A DNA stretch of 64,000 bases from the NCBI GenBank assembly GCA_964016885.1, contig OZ024741.1:130882001-130946000 (forward strand). Direction: 5' to 3'. The notes below the pieces were generated by a model, which saw nothing but the letters and a program-made list of their open reading frames with translations, was not told the origin of the DNA and did not search any database. Origin of the DNA: Eledone cirrhosa (taxonomy: Eukaryota). Made by a program: the position numbers and the translations under genes. Position 1 is the stretch's first letter; each line of letters begins with the position of its first letter. Below, in pieces: positions 12,401-26,400 of the stretch.

Positions 12401-15400
12401 CTGTGGAACTAGGGTTGGAAGGGGTGAACATATAACTTTACACATCATATTTGTCTGCGTAACTCGGGTTGGAAGCGGTGAACATATAACTTTATACATC
12501 ATATTTGTCTGTGTAACTAGGGTTGGAAGCCGTGAACATATAATTTTACACATCATATTTCTCTGTGTAACTGGGGTTGGAAGCAGTAAACATATAACTT
12601 TACACATCATATTTGTCTGTGTAACTAGGGCTGGAAGCAGTGAACATATATCTTTACACATCATATTTGTCTGCGTAACTCGGGTTGGAAGCGGTGAACA
12701 TATAATTTTACACATCATATTTGTCTGTGTAACTAGGGTTGGAAGCGGTGAACATATAACTTTACACATCATATTTGTCTGTGTAACCAGGGTTGGAAGC
12801 GGTGAACATATAACTTTACACATCATATTTGTCTGTGTAACTAGGGTTGGAAGCAGTGAACATAGAACTTTACACATCATATTTGTCTGTGTAACTAGGG
12901 TTGGAAGCAGTGAACATATAACGTAACACATCATATTTGTCTGTGTAACTAGGGTTGGAAGCGGTGAACATATAACGTTACACATCATATTTGTCTGTGT
13001 AACTAGGTTTGGAAGCAGTGAACATATAACTTTACACATCATATTTGTCTGTGTAACTAGGGTTGGAAGCGGTGAACATATAACTTTACACATCATATTT
13101 CTCTGTGTAACTAGGGTTGGAAGCGGTGAACATATAACTTTACACATCATATTTGTCTGTGTAACTAGGGTTGGAAGCAGTTAACATACAACTTTACACA
13201 TCATATTTGTCTGTGTTACTAGGGTTGGAAGCAGTGAACATATAACTTTACACATCATATTTGTCTGTGTAAGTAGGGTTGGAAGCGGTGAACATATAAC
13301 TTTACACATCATATTTGTCCGTGTAACTAGGGTTGGAAGCAGTGAACATATAACTTTACACATCATACTTATCTGTGTAAATAGGGTTGGAAGCGGTGAA
13401 CATATAACTTTACACATCATAATTGTCTGTGTAACTAGGGTTGGAAGCAGTGAACATATAACTTTACACATCATATTTGTCTGTGTAACTAGGTTTGGAA
13501 GCGGTGAACATATAACTTTACACATCATATTTGTCTGTGTAACTAGGGTTGGAAGCGGTAAACATATAACTTTACACATCATATTTGTCTGTGTAACTAG
13601 GGTTGGAAGCAGTGAACATACAACTTTACACATCATATTTGTCTGTGTAACTATGTTTGGAAGCAGTGAACATATAACTTTACACATCATATTTGTCTGT
13701 GTAACTAGGGTTGGAAGCAGTGTACATATAACTTTACACATCATATTTGTCTGTGTAACTAGGGTTGGAAGCCGTGAACATATAACTTTACACATCATAT
13801 TTGTCTGTGTAACTAGGGTTGGAAGCGGTGAACATATACCTTTACACATCATATTTGTCAGTGTAACTAGGGTTGGAAGCAGTGAACATATAACTTTACA
13901 CATCATATTTGTCTGTGTAACTAGGGTTGGAAGCAGTGAACATATAACTTTACACACCATATTTGTCTGTGTAACCAGGGTTGGAAGCGGTGAACATATA
14001 ACTTTACACATCATATTTGTCTGTGTAACTAGGGTTGGAAGCCGTGAACATATAATTTAACACATCATATTTGTCTGTGTAACTAGGGTTGGAAGCGGTG
14101 AACATATAACTTTGCACATCATATATGTCTGTGTAACTAGGGTTGGAAGCGGTGAACATATACCTTTACACATCATATTTGTCTGTGTAACTAGGGTTGG
14201 AAGCAGTGAACATATAACTTTACACATCATATTTGTCTGTGTAACTAGGGTTGGAAGCAGTGAACATATAACTTTACAAATCATATTTGTCTGTGTAACT
14301 AGGGTTGGAAGCAGTGAACACACAAATTTACACATCATATTTGTCTGTGTAACTAGGGTTGGAAGCAGTGAACATATAACTTTACACATCATATTTGTCT
14401 GTGTAACTAGGGTTGGAAGCAGTGAACATATAACTTTACACATCATATTTGTCTATGTAACTAGGGTTGGAAGCAGTGAACATATAACTTTACACATCAT
14501 ATTTGTCTGTGTAACTAGGGTTGGAAGCAGTGAACATATAACTTTACACATCATATTTGTCTGTGTAACTAGGGTTGGAAGCAGTGAACATATAACTTTA
14601 CACATCATATTTCTCTGTGTAACTAGGGTTGGAAGCAGTGAACATATAACTTTATACATCATATTTGTCTGTGTAACTAGGGTTGGAAGATGTGAACATA
14701 TAACTTTACACATCATATTTGTGTGTGTAACTAGGTTTGGAAGCAGTGAACATATAACTTTACACATCATATTTGTCTGTGTAACTAGGGTTGGAAGAGG
14801 TGAACATATAACTTTACACATCATATTTGTCTGTGTAACTAGGGTTGGAAGCAGTGAACATATAACTTTACACATCATATTTGTCTGTGTAACTAGGGTT
14901 GGAAGCGGTGAACATATAACTTTACACATCATATTTGTCTGTTTAACTAGGGTTGGTAGCAGTGAACATATAACTTTGCACATCATATTTGTCTGTGTAA
15001 CTAGGGTTGGAAGCGGTGAACATATAATTTTACACATCATATTTGTCTGTGGAACTTGGGTTGGAAGGGGTGAACATATAACTTTACACATCATATTTGT
15101 CTGTGTAACTAGGGTTGGAAGCAGTAAACATATAACTTTACACATCATATTTGTCTGTGTAACTAGGGCTGGAAGCAGTGAACATATAACTTTACACATC
15201 ATATTTGTCTGCGTAACTCGGGTTGGAAGCGGTGAACATATAATTTTACACATCATATTTGTCTGTGAAACTAGGGTTGGAAGCGGTGAACATATAATTT
15301 TACACATCATATTTGTCTGTGTAACTGGGGTTGGAAGCAGTAAACATATAACTTTACACATCATATTTGTCTGTGTAACTAGGGCTGGAAGCAGTGAACA

Positions 15401-18400
15401 TATAACTTTACACATCATATTTGTCTGCGTAACTCGGGTTGGAAGCGGTGAACATATAATTTTACACATCATATTTGTCTGTGTAACTGGGGCTGGAAGC
15501 AGTAAACATATAACTTTACACATCATATTTGTCTGTGTAACTAGGGTTGGAAGCAGTGAACATATAACTTTACACATCATATTTGTCTATGTAACTAGGG
15601 TTGGAAGCAGTGAACATATAACTTTACACATCATATTTGTCTGTGTAACTAGGGTTGGAAGCAGTGAACATATAACTTTACACATCATATTTGTCTGTGT
15701 AACTAGGGTTGGAAGCAGTGAACATATAACTTTACACATCATATTTCTCTGTGTAACTAGGGTTGGAAGCAGTGAACATATAACTTTATACATCATATTT
15801 GTCTGTGTAACTAGGGTTGGAAGCAGTGAACATATAACTTTACACATCATATTTGTCTGTGTAACTAGGGTTGGAATCAGTGAACATATAACTTTACACA
15901 TCATATTTGTCTGTGTAACTAGGGTTGGAAGAAGTGAACATATAACTTTACACATCATATTTGTGTGTGTAACTAGGTTTGGAAGCAGTGAACATATAAC
16001 TTTACACATCATATTTGTCTGTGTAACTAGGGTTGGAAAAGGTGAACATATAACTTTACACATCATATTTGTCTGTGTAACTAGGGTTGGAAGCAGTGAA
16101 CATATAACTTTACACATCATATTTGTCTGTGTAAATAGGGTTGGAAGCGGTGAACATATAACTTTACACATCATATTTGTCTGTTTAACTAGGGTTGGTA
16201 GCAGTGAACATATAACTTTACACATCATATTTGTCTGTGTAAGTAGGGTTGGAAGCGGTGAACATATAACTTTACACATCATATTTGTCCGTGGAACTAG
16301 GGTTGGAAGCAGTGAACATATAACTTTACACATCATACTTGTCTGTGTAACTAGGGTTGGAAGCGGTGAACATATAACTTTACACATCATATTTGTCTGT
16401 GTAACTAGGGTTGGAAGCGGTGAACATATAACTTTACACATCATATTTGTCTGCGTAACTCGGGTTGGAAGCGGTGAACATATAACTTTACACATCATAT
16501 TTGTCTGCGTAACTAGGGTTGGAAGTAGTGAACATATAACTTTACACATCATATTTGTCTGTGTAACTCGGTTTGGAAGCGGTGAACATATAACTTTAAA
16601 CATCATATTTGTCTGCGTAACTCGGGTTGGAAGCGGTGAACATATAACTTTACACATCATATTTGTCTGTGGAACTAGGGTTGGAAGCCGTGAACATATA
16701 ACTTTACACATCATACTTGTCTGTGTAACTAGGGTTGGAAGCGGTGAACATATAACTTTACACATCATATTTGTCCGTGGAACTAGGGTTGGAAGCAGTG
16801 AACATATAACTTTACACATCATATTTGTCTGTGTAACTAGGGTTGGAAGCAGTGAACATAGAACTTTACACATCATATTTGTCTGTGTAACTAGTGTTGG
16901 AAGCAGTGAACATATAACTTTACACATCATAGTTGTCTGTGTAACTAGGGTTGGAAGCGGTGAACATATTTACTTTACACATCATATTTGTCTGTGTAAC
17001 TAGAGTTGGAAGCGGTGAACATATAACTTTACACATCATATTTGTCTGTGTAACTAGGGTTGGAAGCGGTGAACATATAACTTTACACATCATATTTGTC
17101 TGTGTAACTAGGGTTGGAAGCAGTGAAAATATAACTTTACACATCATATTTGTCTGTGTAACTAGGGTTGGAAGCGGTGAACATATAACTTTACACATCA
17201 TATTTGTCTGTGTAACTATGGTTGGAAGCGGTAAACATATAACTTTACACATCATATTTGTCTGTGTAACTAGGGTTGGAAGCAGTGAACATACAACTTT
17301 ACACATCATATTTGTCTGTGTAACTATGTTTGGAAGCAGTGAACATATAACTTTACACATCATATTTGTCTGTGTAACTAGGGTTGGAAGCAGTGTACAT
17401 ATAACTTTACACATCATATTTGTCTGTGTAACTAGGGTTGGAAGCGGTGAACATATAACTTTAAACATCATATTTGTCTGTGTAACTAGGGTTTGAAGCG
17501 GTGAACATATAACTTTACACATCATATTTGTCTGTATAACTAGGGTTGGAAGCAGTGAACATATAACTTTACACATCATATTTGTCTGTGTAACTAGGGT
17601 TGGAAGCAGTGAACATATAACTTTACACATCATATTTGTCTGTGTAACCAGGGTTGGAAGCGGTGAACATATAACTTTACACATCATATTTGTCTGTGTA
17701 ACTAGGGTTGGCAGAGGTGAACATATAACTTTACACATCATATTTGTCTGTGTAACTAGGGTTGGAAGCAGTGAACATATAACTTTACACATCATATTTG
17801 TCTGTGTAAGTAGGGTTGGAAGCGGTGAACATATAACTTTACACATCATATTTGTCTGTTTAACTAGGGTTGGTAGCAGTGAACATATAACTTTACACAT
17901 CATATTTGTCTGTGTAACTAGGGTTGGAAGCCGTGAACATATAATTTTACACATCATATTTCTCTGTGTAACTGGGGTTGGAAGCAGTAAACATATAACT
18001 TTACACATCATATTTGTCTGTGTAACTAGGGCTGGAAGCAGTGAACATATAACTTTACACATCATATTTGTCTGCGTAACTCGGGTTGGAAGCGGTGAAC
18101 ATATAATTTTACACATCATATTTGTCTGTGGAACTAGGGTTGGAAGGGGTGAACATATAACTTTACACATCATATTTGTCTGTGTAACTAGGGTTGGTAG
18201 CAGTGAACATATAACTTTACACATCATATTTGTCTGTGTAACTAGGGTTGGAAGCCGTGAACATATAATTTTACACATCATATTTCTCTGTGTAACTGGG
18301 GTTGGAAGCAGTAAACATATAACTTTACACATCATATTTGTCTGTGTAACTAGGGCTGGAAGCAGTGAACATATAACTTTACACATCATATTTGTCTGCG

Positions 18401-20330
18401 TAACTCGGGTTGGAAGCGGTGAACATATAATTTTACACATCATATTTGTCTGTGGAACTAGGGTTGGAAGGGGTGAACATATAACTTTACACATCATATT
18501 TGTCTGCGTAACTCGGGTTGGAAGCGGTGAACATATAACTTTACACATCATATTTGTCTGTGTAACTAGGGTTGGAAGCCGTGAACATATAATTTTACAC
18601 ATCATATTTCTCTGTGTAACTGGGGTTGGAAGCAGTAAACATATAACTTTACACATCATATTTGTCTGTGTAACTAGGGCTGGAAGCAGTGAACATATAT
18701 CTTTACACATCATATTTGTCTGCGTAACTCGGGTTGGAAGCGGTGAACATATAATTTTACACATCATATTTGTCTGTGTAACTAGGGTTGGAAGCGGTGA
18801 ACATATAACTTTACACATCATATTTGTCTGTGTAACCAGGGTTGGAAGCGGTGAACATATAACTTTACACATCATATTTGTCTGTGTAACTAGGGTTGGA
18901 AGCAGTGAACATAGAACTTTACACATCATATTTGTCTGTGTAACTAGGGTTGGAAGCAGTGAACATATAACGTAACACATCATATTTGTCTGTGTAACTA
19001 GGGTTGGAAGCGGTGAACATATAACGTTACACATCATATTTGTCTGTGTAACTAGGTTTGGAAGCAGTGAACATATAACTTTACACATCATATTTATCTG
19101 TGTGACTAGGGTTGGAAGCAGTGAACATATAACTTTACACATCATATTTGTCTGTGTTACTAGGGTTGGAAGCAGTGAACATATAACTTTACACATCATA
19201 TTTGTCTGTGTAAGTAGGGTTGGAAGCGGTGAACATATAACTTTACACATCATATTTGTCCGTGTAACTAGGGTTGGAAGCAGTGAACATATAACTTTAC
19301 ACATCATACTTATCTGTGTAAATAGGGTTGGAAGCGGTGAACATATAACTTTACACATCATAATTGTCTGTGTAACTAGGGTTGGAAGCAGTGAACATAT
19401 AACTTTACACATCATATTTGTCTGTGTAACTAGGTTTGGAAGCGGTGAACATATAACTTTACACATCATATTTGTCTGTGTAACTAGGGTTGGAAGCGGT
19501 AAACATATAACTTTACACATCATATTTGTCTGTGTAACTAGGGTTGGAAGCAGTGAACATACAACTTTACACATCATATTTGTCTGTGTAACTATGTTTG
19601 GAAGCAGTGAACATATAACTTTACACATCATATTTGTCTGTGTAACTAGGGTTGGAAGCAGTGTACATATAACTTTACACATCATATTTGTCTGTGTAAC
19701 TAGGGTTGGAAGCCGTGAACATATAACTTTACACATCATATTTGTCTGTGTAACTAGGGTTGGAAGCGGTGAACATATACCTTTACACATCATATTTGTC
19801 AGTGTAACTAGGGTTGGAAGCAGTGAACATATAACTTTACACATCATATTTGTCTGTGTAACTAGGGTTGGAAGCAGTGAACATATAACTTTACACACCA
19901 TATTTGTCTGTGTAACCAGGGTTGGAAGCGGTGAACATATAACTTTACACATCATATTTGTCTGTGTAACTAGGGTTGGAAGCCGTGAACATATAATTTA
20001 ACACATCATATTTGTCTGTGTAACTAGGGTTGGAAGCGGTGAACATATAACTTTGCACATCATATATGTCTGTGTAACTAGGGTTGGAAGCAGTGAACAT
20101 ATACCTTTACACATCATATTTGTCTGTGTAACTAGGGTTGGAAGCAGTGAACATATAACTTTACACATCATATTTGTCTGTGTAACTAGGGTTGGAAGCA
20201 GTGAACATATAACTTTACAAATCATATTTGTCTGTGTAACTAGGGTTGGAAGCAGTGAACACACAAATTTACACATCATATTTGTCTGTGTAACTAGGGT
20301 TGGAAGCAGTGAACATATAACTTTACACAT
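6490..20330. repeat. Large tandem segmental duplication: copy A ~6490-14390, copy B ~14390-20330
   Basis: ORFs 7594..8937 and 15587..16930, and 8958..9503 and 16951..17496, are offset by 7993 (148x54+1). Both copies carry the +1 insertion CATATTTACTTT (8972, 16965). The distal marker CACAAATTTA sits at 14321/20262 (offset 5941 = 110x54+1). Confidence 0.9.
9670..13585. repeat. Tandem duplication with a 36-monomer (1944 bp) period inside copy A
   Basis: GGCAGAGGT occurs at 9717/11661, ACGTAACAC at 10977/12921 and AGTTAACATACAA at ~11235/13179. The ORF starts at 11206 and 13150 differ by 1944. Confidence 0.9.
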
Positions 20331-20429
20331 CATATTTGTTTGTGTAACTAGGGTTGGAAGCAGTGAACATATAACTTTACACATCATATTTGTCTGTGTA
20401 ATTAGGGTTGGAAGCAGTGAACATATAAC

Positions 20430-23400
20430 TTTACACATCATATTTGTCTGTGTAACTAGGGTTGGAAGCAGTGAACATACAACTTCACACATCATATTTG
20501 TCTGTGTAACTAGGGTTGGAAGCATTGAACATATAACTTTACACAGCATATTTGTCTGTGTAACTAGGGTTGGAAGCAGTGAACATATAACTTTACACAT
20601 CATATTTGTCTGTGTAACTAGGGTTGGAAGCGGTGAACATATAACTTTACACATCATATTTGTCTGTGTAACTAGGGTTGGAAGCGGTGAACATATAACT
20701 TTACACATCATATTTGTCTGTGTAACCAGGGTTGGAAGCAGTGAACATATAACTTTACACATCATATTTGTCTTTGTAACTAGGGTTGGAAGCAGTGAAC
20801 ATATAAGTTTACACATCATATTTGACTGTGTAACTAGGGTTGGAAGCGGTGAACATATAACTTTACACATCATATTTGTCTGTGTAACTAGGGTTGGAAG
20901 CCGTGAACATATAACATTACAAATCATATTTGTCTGTGTAACTAGGGTTGGAAGCAGTGAACATATAATTTAACACATCATATTTGTCTGTGTAACTAGG
21001 GTTGGAAGCAGTGAACATATAACTTTACACATCATATTTGTCTGTGTAACTAGGGTTGGAAGCGGTGAACATATAACTTTACACATCATATTTGTCTGTG
21101 TAACTAGGGTTGGAAGCGGTGAACATATAACTTTACACATCATATTTGTCTGTGTAACTAGGGTTCGAAGCAGTGAACATATAACTTTACACATCATATT
21201 TGTCTTTGTAACTAGGGTTGGAAGCAGTGAACATATAACTTTACACATCATATTGTCTGTGTAACTAGGGTTGGAAGCAGTGAACATATAAATTTACATA
21301 TCATATTTGTCTGTGTAACTAGGGTTGGAAGCAGTGAACATATAACTTTACACATCATATATGTCTGCGTAACTCGGGTTGGAAGCGGTGAACATATAAC
21401 TTTACACATCATATTTGTCTGTGGAACTAGGGTTGGAAGCGGTGAACATATAACTTTACACATCATATTTGTCTGTGTAACTAGGGTTGGAAGCACTGAA
21501 CATATAACTTTACACATCATATTTGTCTGTCTAACTAGGTTTGGAAGCGGTGAACATATAACTTTACACATCATATTTGACTGTGTAACTAGGGTTGGAA
21601 GCAGTGAACATAGAACTTTACACATCATATTTGTCTGTGTAACTAGGGTTGGAAGCAGTTAACATATAACTTTACACATCATATTTGTCTGTGTAACTCG
21701 GGTTGGAAGCGGTGAACATATAACTTGACACATCATATTTTTCTGTGGAACTAGGGTTCGAAGCGGTGAACATATAACTTTACACATCATATTTGTCTGT
21801 GTAACTAGGGTTGGAAGCAGTGAACATATAACTTTACACATCATATTTGTCTGTGTAACTAGGGTTGGAAGCGGTGAACATATAACTTTACACATCATAT
21901 TCGTCTGTGTAACTAGGGTTGGAAGCGGTGAACATATAACTTTACACATCATATTTGTCTGTGTAACTAGGGTTGGAAGCAGTGAACATACAACTTTACA
22001 CATCATATTTGACTGTGTAACTAGGGTTGGAAGCAGTGAACATATAACTTTACACATCATATTTGTCTGTGGAACTAGGGTTGGAAGCAGTGAACATATA
22101 ACTTTACACATCATATTTGTCTATGTAACTAGGGTTGGAAGCAGTGAACATATAACTTTACACATCATATTTGTCTGTGTAACTCGGGTTGGAAGCGGTG
22201 AACATATAACTTGACACATCATATTTGTCTGTGGAACTAGGGTTCGAAGCGGTGAACATATAACTTTACACATCATATTTGTCTGTGTAACTAGGGTTGG
22301 AAGCAGTGAACATATAACTTTACACATCATATTTGTCTGTGTAACTAGGGTTGGAAGCGGTGAACATATAACTTTACACGTCATATTTGTCTGTGTAACT
22401 AGGGTTGGAAGCAGTGAACATATAACTTTACACATCATATTTGTCTGTGTAACTAGGGTTGGAAGCGGTGAACATATAACTTTACCCATCATATTTGTCT
22501 GTGTAACTAGGGTTGGAAGCGGTGAACATATAAATTTACACATCATATTTGTCTTTGTAACTAGGGTTGGAAGCAGTGAACATATAACTTTACACATCAT
22601 ATTTGTCTGTGTAACTAGGGTTGGAAGCAGTGAACATATAACTTTACACATCATATTTGTCTGCGTAACTCGGGTTGGAAGCGGTGAACATATAACTTTA
22701 CACATCATATTTGTCTGTGTAACAAGGGTTGGAAGCAGTGAACATATAACTTTACACATCATATTTGTCTGTGTAACTAGGGTTGGAAGCAGTGAACATA
22801 TAAATTTACACATCATATTTGTCTGTGTAACTAGGGTTGGAAGCAGTGAACATATAACTTTACACATCATATTTGTCTGCGTAACTCGGGTTGGAAGCGG
22901 TGAACATATAACTTTACACATCATATTTGTCTGTGGAACTAGGGTTGGAAGCGGTGAACATATAACTTTACACATCATATTTGTCTGTGTAACTAGGGTT
23001 GGAAGCGGTGAACATATAACTTTACACATCATATTTGTCTGTGTAACTAGGGTTGGAAGCGGTGAACATATAACTTTACACATCATATTTGTCTGTGTAA
23101 CTAGGGTTCGAAGCAGTGAACATATAACTTTACACATCATATTTGTCTTTGTAACTAGGGTTGGAAGCAGTGAACATATAACTTTACACATCATATTGTC
23201 TGTGTAACTAGGGTTGGAAGCAGTGAACATATAAATTTACATATCATATTTGTCTTTGTAACTAGGGTTGGAAGCAGTGAACATATAACTTTACACATCA
23301 TATATGTCTGCGTAACTCGGGTTGGAAGCGGTGAACATATAACTTTACACATCATATTTGTCTGTGGAACTAGGGTTGGAAGCGGTGAACATATAACTTT

Positions 23401-26400
23401 ACACATCATATTTGTCTGTGTAACTAGGGTTGGAAGCACTGAACATATAACTTTACACATCATATTTGTCTGTCTAACTAGGTTTGGAAGCGGTGAACAT
23501 ATAACTTTACACATCATATTTGACTGTGTAACTAGGGTTGGAAGCAGTGAACATAGAACTTTACACATCATATTTGTCTGTGTAACTAGGGTTGGAAGCA
23601 GTGAACATATAACTTTACACATCATATTTGTCTGTGTAACTCGGGTTGGAAGCGGTGAACATATAACTTGACACATCATATTTTTCTGTGGAACTAGGGT
23701 TCGAAGCGGTGAACATATAACTTTACACATCATATTTGTCTGTGTAACTAGGGTTGGAAGCAGTGAACATATAACTTTACACATCATATTTGTCTATGTA
23801 ACTAGGGTTGGAAGCGGTGAACATATAACTTTACACATCATATTCGTCTGTGTAACTAGGGTTGGAAGCGGTGAACATATAACTTTACACATCATATTTG
23901 TCTGTGTAACTAGGGTTGGAAGCAGTGAACATACAACTTTACACATCATATTTGACTGTGTAACTAGGGTTGGAAGCAGTGAACATATAACTTTACACAT
24001 CATATTTGTCTGTGGAACTAGGGTTGGAAGCAGTGAACATATAACTTTACACATCATATTTGTCTATGTAACTAGGGTTGGAAGCAGTGAACATATAACT
24101 TTACACATCATATTTGACTGTGTAACTAGGGTTGGAAGCAGTGAACATACAACTTCACACATCATATTTGTCTGTGTAACTAGGGTTGGAAGCATTGAAC
24201 ATATAACTTAACACAGCATATTTGTCTGTGTAACTAGGGTTGGAAGCAGTGAACATATAACTTTACACATCATATTTGTCTGTGTAACTAGGGTTGGAAG
24301 CGGTGAACATATAACTTTACACATCATATTTGTCTGTGTAACTAGGGTTGGAAGCGGTGAACATATAACTTTACACATCATATTTGTCTGTGTAACCAGG
24401 GTTGGAAGCAGTGAACATATAACTTTACACATCATATTTGTCTTTGTAACTAGGGTTGGAAGCAGTGAACATATAAGTTTACACATCATATTTGACTGTG
24501 TAACTAGGGTTGGAAGCGGTGAACATATAACTTTACACATCATATTTGTCTGTGTAACTAGGGTTGGAAGCCGTGAACATATAACATTACAAATCATATT
24601 TGTCTGTGTAACTAGGGTTGGAAGCAGTGAACATATAATTTAACACATCATATTTGTCTGTGTAACTAGGGTTGGAAGCAGTGAACATATAACTTTACAC
24701 ATCATATTTGTCTGTGTAACTAGGGTTGGAAGCGGTGAACATATAACTTTACACATCATATTTGTCTGTGTAACTAGGGTTGGAAGCGGTGAACATATAA
24801 CTTTACACATCATATTTGTCTGTGTAACTAGGGTTCGAAGCAGTGAACATATAACTTTACACATCATATTTGTCTTTGTAACTAGGGTTGGAAGCAGTGA
24901 ACATATAACTTTACACATCATATTGTCTGTGTAACTAGGGTTGGAAGCAGTGAACATATAAATTTACATATCATATTTGTCTGTGTAACTAGGGTTGGAA
25001 GCAGTGAACATATAACTTTACACATCATATATGTCTGCGTAACTCGGGTTGGAAGCGGTGAACATATAACTTTACACATCATATTTGTCTGTGGAACTAG
25101 GGTTGGAAGCGGTGAACATATAACTTTACACATCATATTTGTCTGTGTAACTAGGGTTGGAAGCACTGAACATATAACTTTACACATCATATTTGTCTGT
25201 CTAACTAGGTTTGGAAGCGGTGAACATATAACTTTACACATCATATTTGACTGTGTAACTAGGGTTGGAAGCAGTGAACATAGAACTTTACACATCATAT
25301 TTGTCTGTGTAACTAGGGTTGGAAGCAGTGAACATATAACTTTACACATCATATTTGTCTGTGTAACTCGGGTTGGAAGCGGTGAACATATAACTTGACA
25401 CATCATATTTTTCTGTGGAACTAGGGTTCGAAGCGGTGAACATATAACTTTACACATCATATTTGTCTGTGTAACTAGGGTTGGAAGCAGTGAACATATA
25501 ACTTTACACATCATATTTGTCTGTGTAACTAGGGTTGGAAGCGGTGAACATATAACTTTACACATCATATTCGTCTGTGTAACTAGGGTTGGAAGCGGTG
25601 AACATATAACTTTACACATCATATTTGTCTGTGTAACTAGGGTTGGAAGCAGTGAACATACAACTTTACACATCATATTTGACTGTGTAACTAGGGTTGG
25701 AAGCAGTGAACATATAACTTTACACATCATATTTGTCTGTGGAACTAGGGTTGGAAGCAGTGAACATATAACTTTACACATCATATTTGTCTATGTAACT
25801 AGGGTTGGAAGCAGTGAACATATAACTTTACACATCATATTTGTCTGTGTAACTCGGGTTGGAAGCGGTGAACATATAACTTGACACATCATATTTGTCT
25901 GTGGAACTAGGGTTCGAAGCGGTGAACATATAACTTTACACATCATATTTGTCTGTGTAACTAGGGTTGGAAGCAGTGAACATATAACTTTACACATCAT
26001 ATTTGTCTGTGTAACTAGGGTTGGAAGCGGTGAACATATAACTTTACACGTCATATTTGTCTGTGTAACTAGGGTTGGAAGCAGTGAACATATAACTTTA
26101 CACATCATATTTGTCTGTGTAACTAGGGTTGGAAGCGGTGAACATATAACTTTACCCATCATATTTGTCTGTGTAACTAGGGTTGGAAGCGGTGAACATA
26201 TAAATTTACACATCATATTTGTCTTTGTAACTAGGGTTGGAAGCAGTGAACATATAACTTTACACATCATATTTGTCTGTGTAACTAGGGTTGGAAGCAG
26301 TGAACATATAACTTTACACATCATATTTGTCTGCGTAACTCGGGTTGGAAGCGGTGAACATATAACTTTACACATCATATTTGTCTGTGTAACAAGGGTT

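Larger units (their letters stand above)
1..19100. repeat. Left subfamily domain of the satellite
   Basis: Diagnostic variants are GGGCTGG (e.g. 315, last ~18680), AGTAAAC, ATAATTTTAC, AACTGGGG, GAAGGGGTG, TGTTTAACT..GGTAGC and TTTCTCTG. I did not see these to any extent beyond ~20 kb. The boundary is approximate. Confidence 0.85.
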
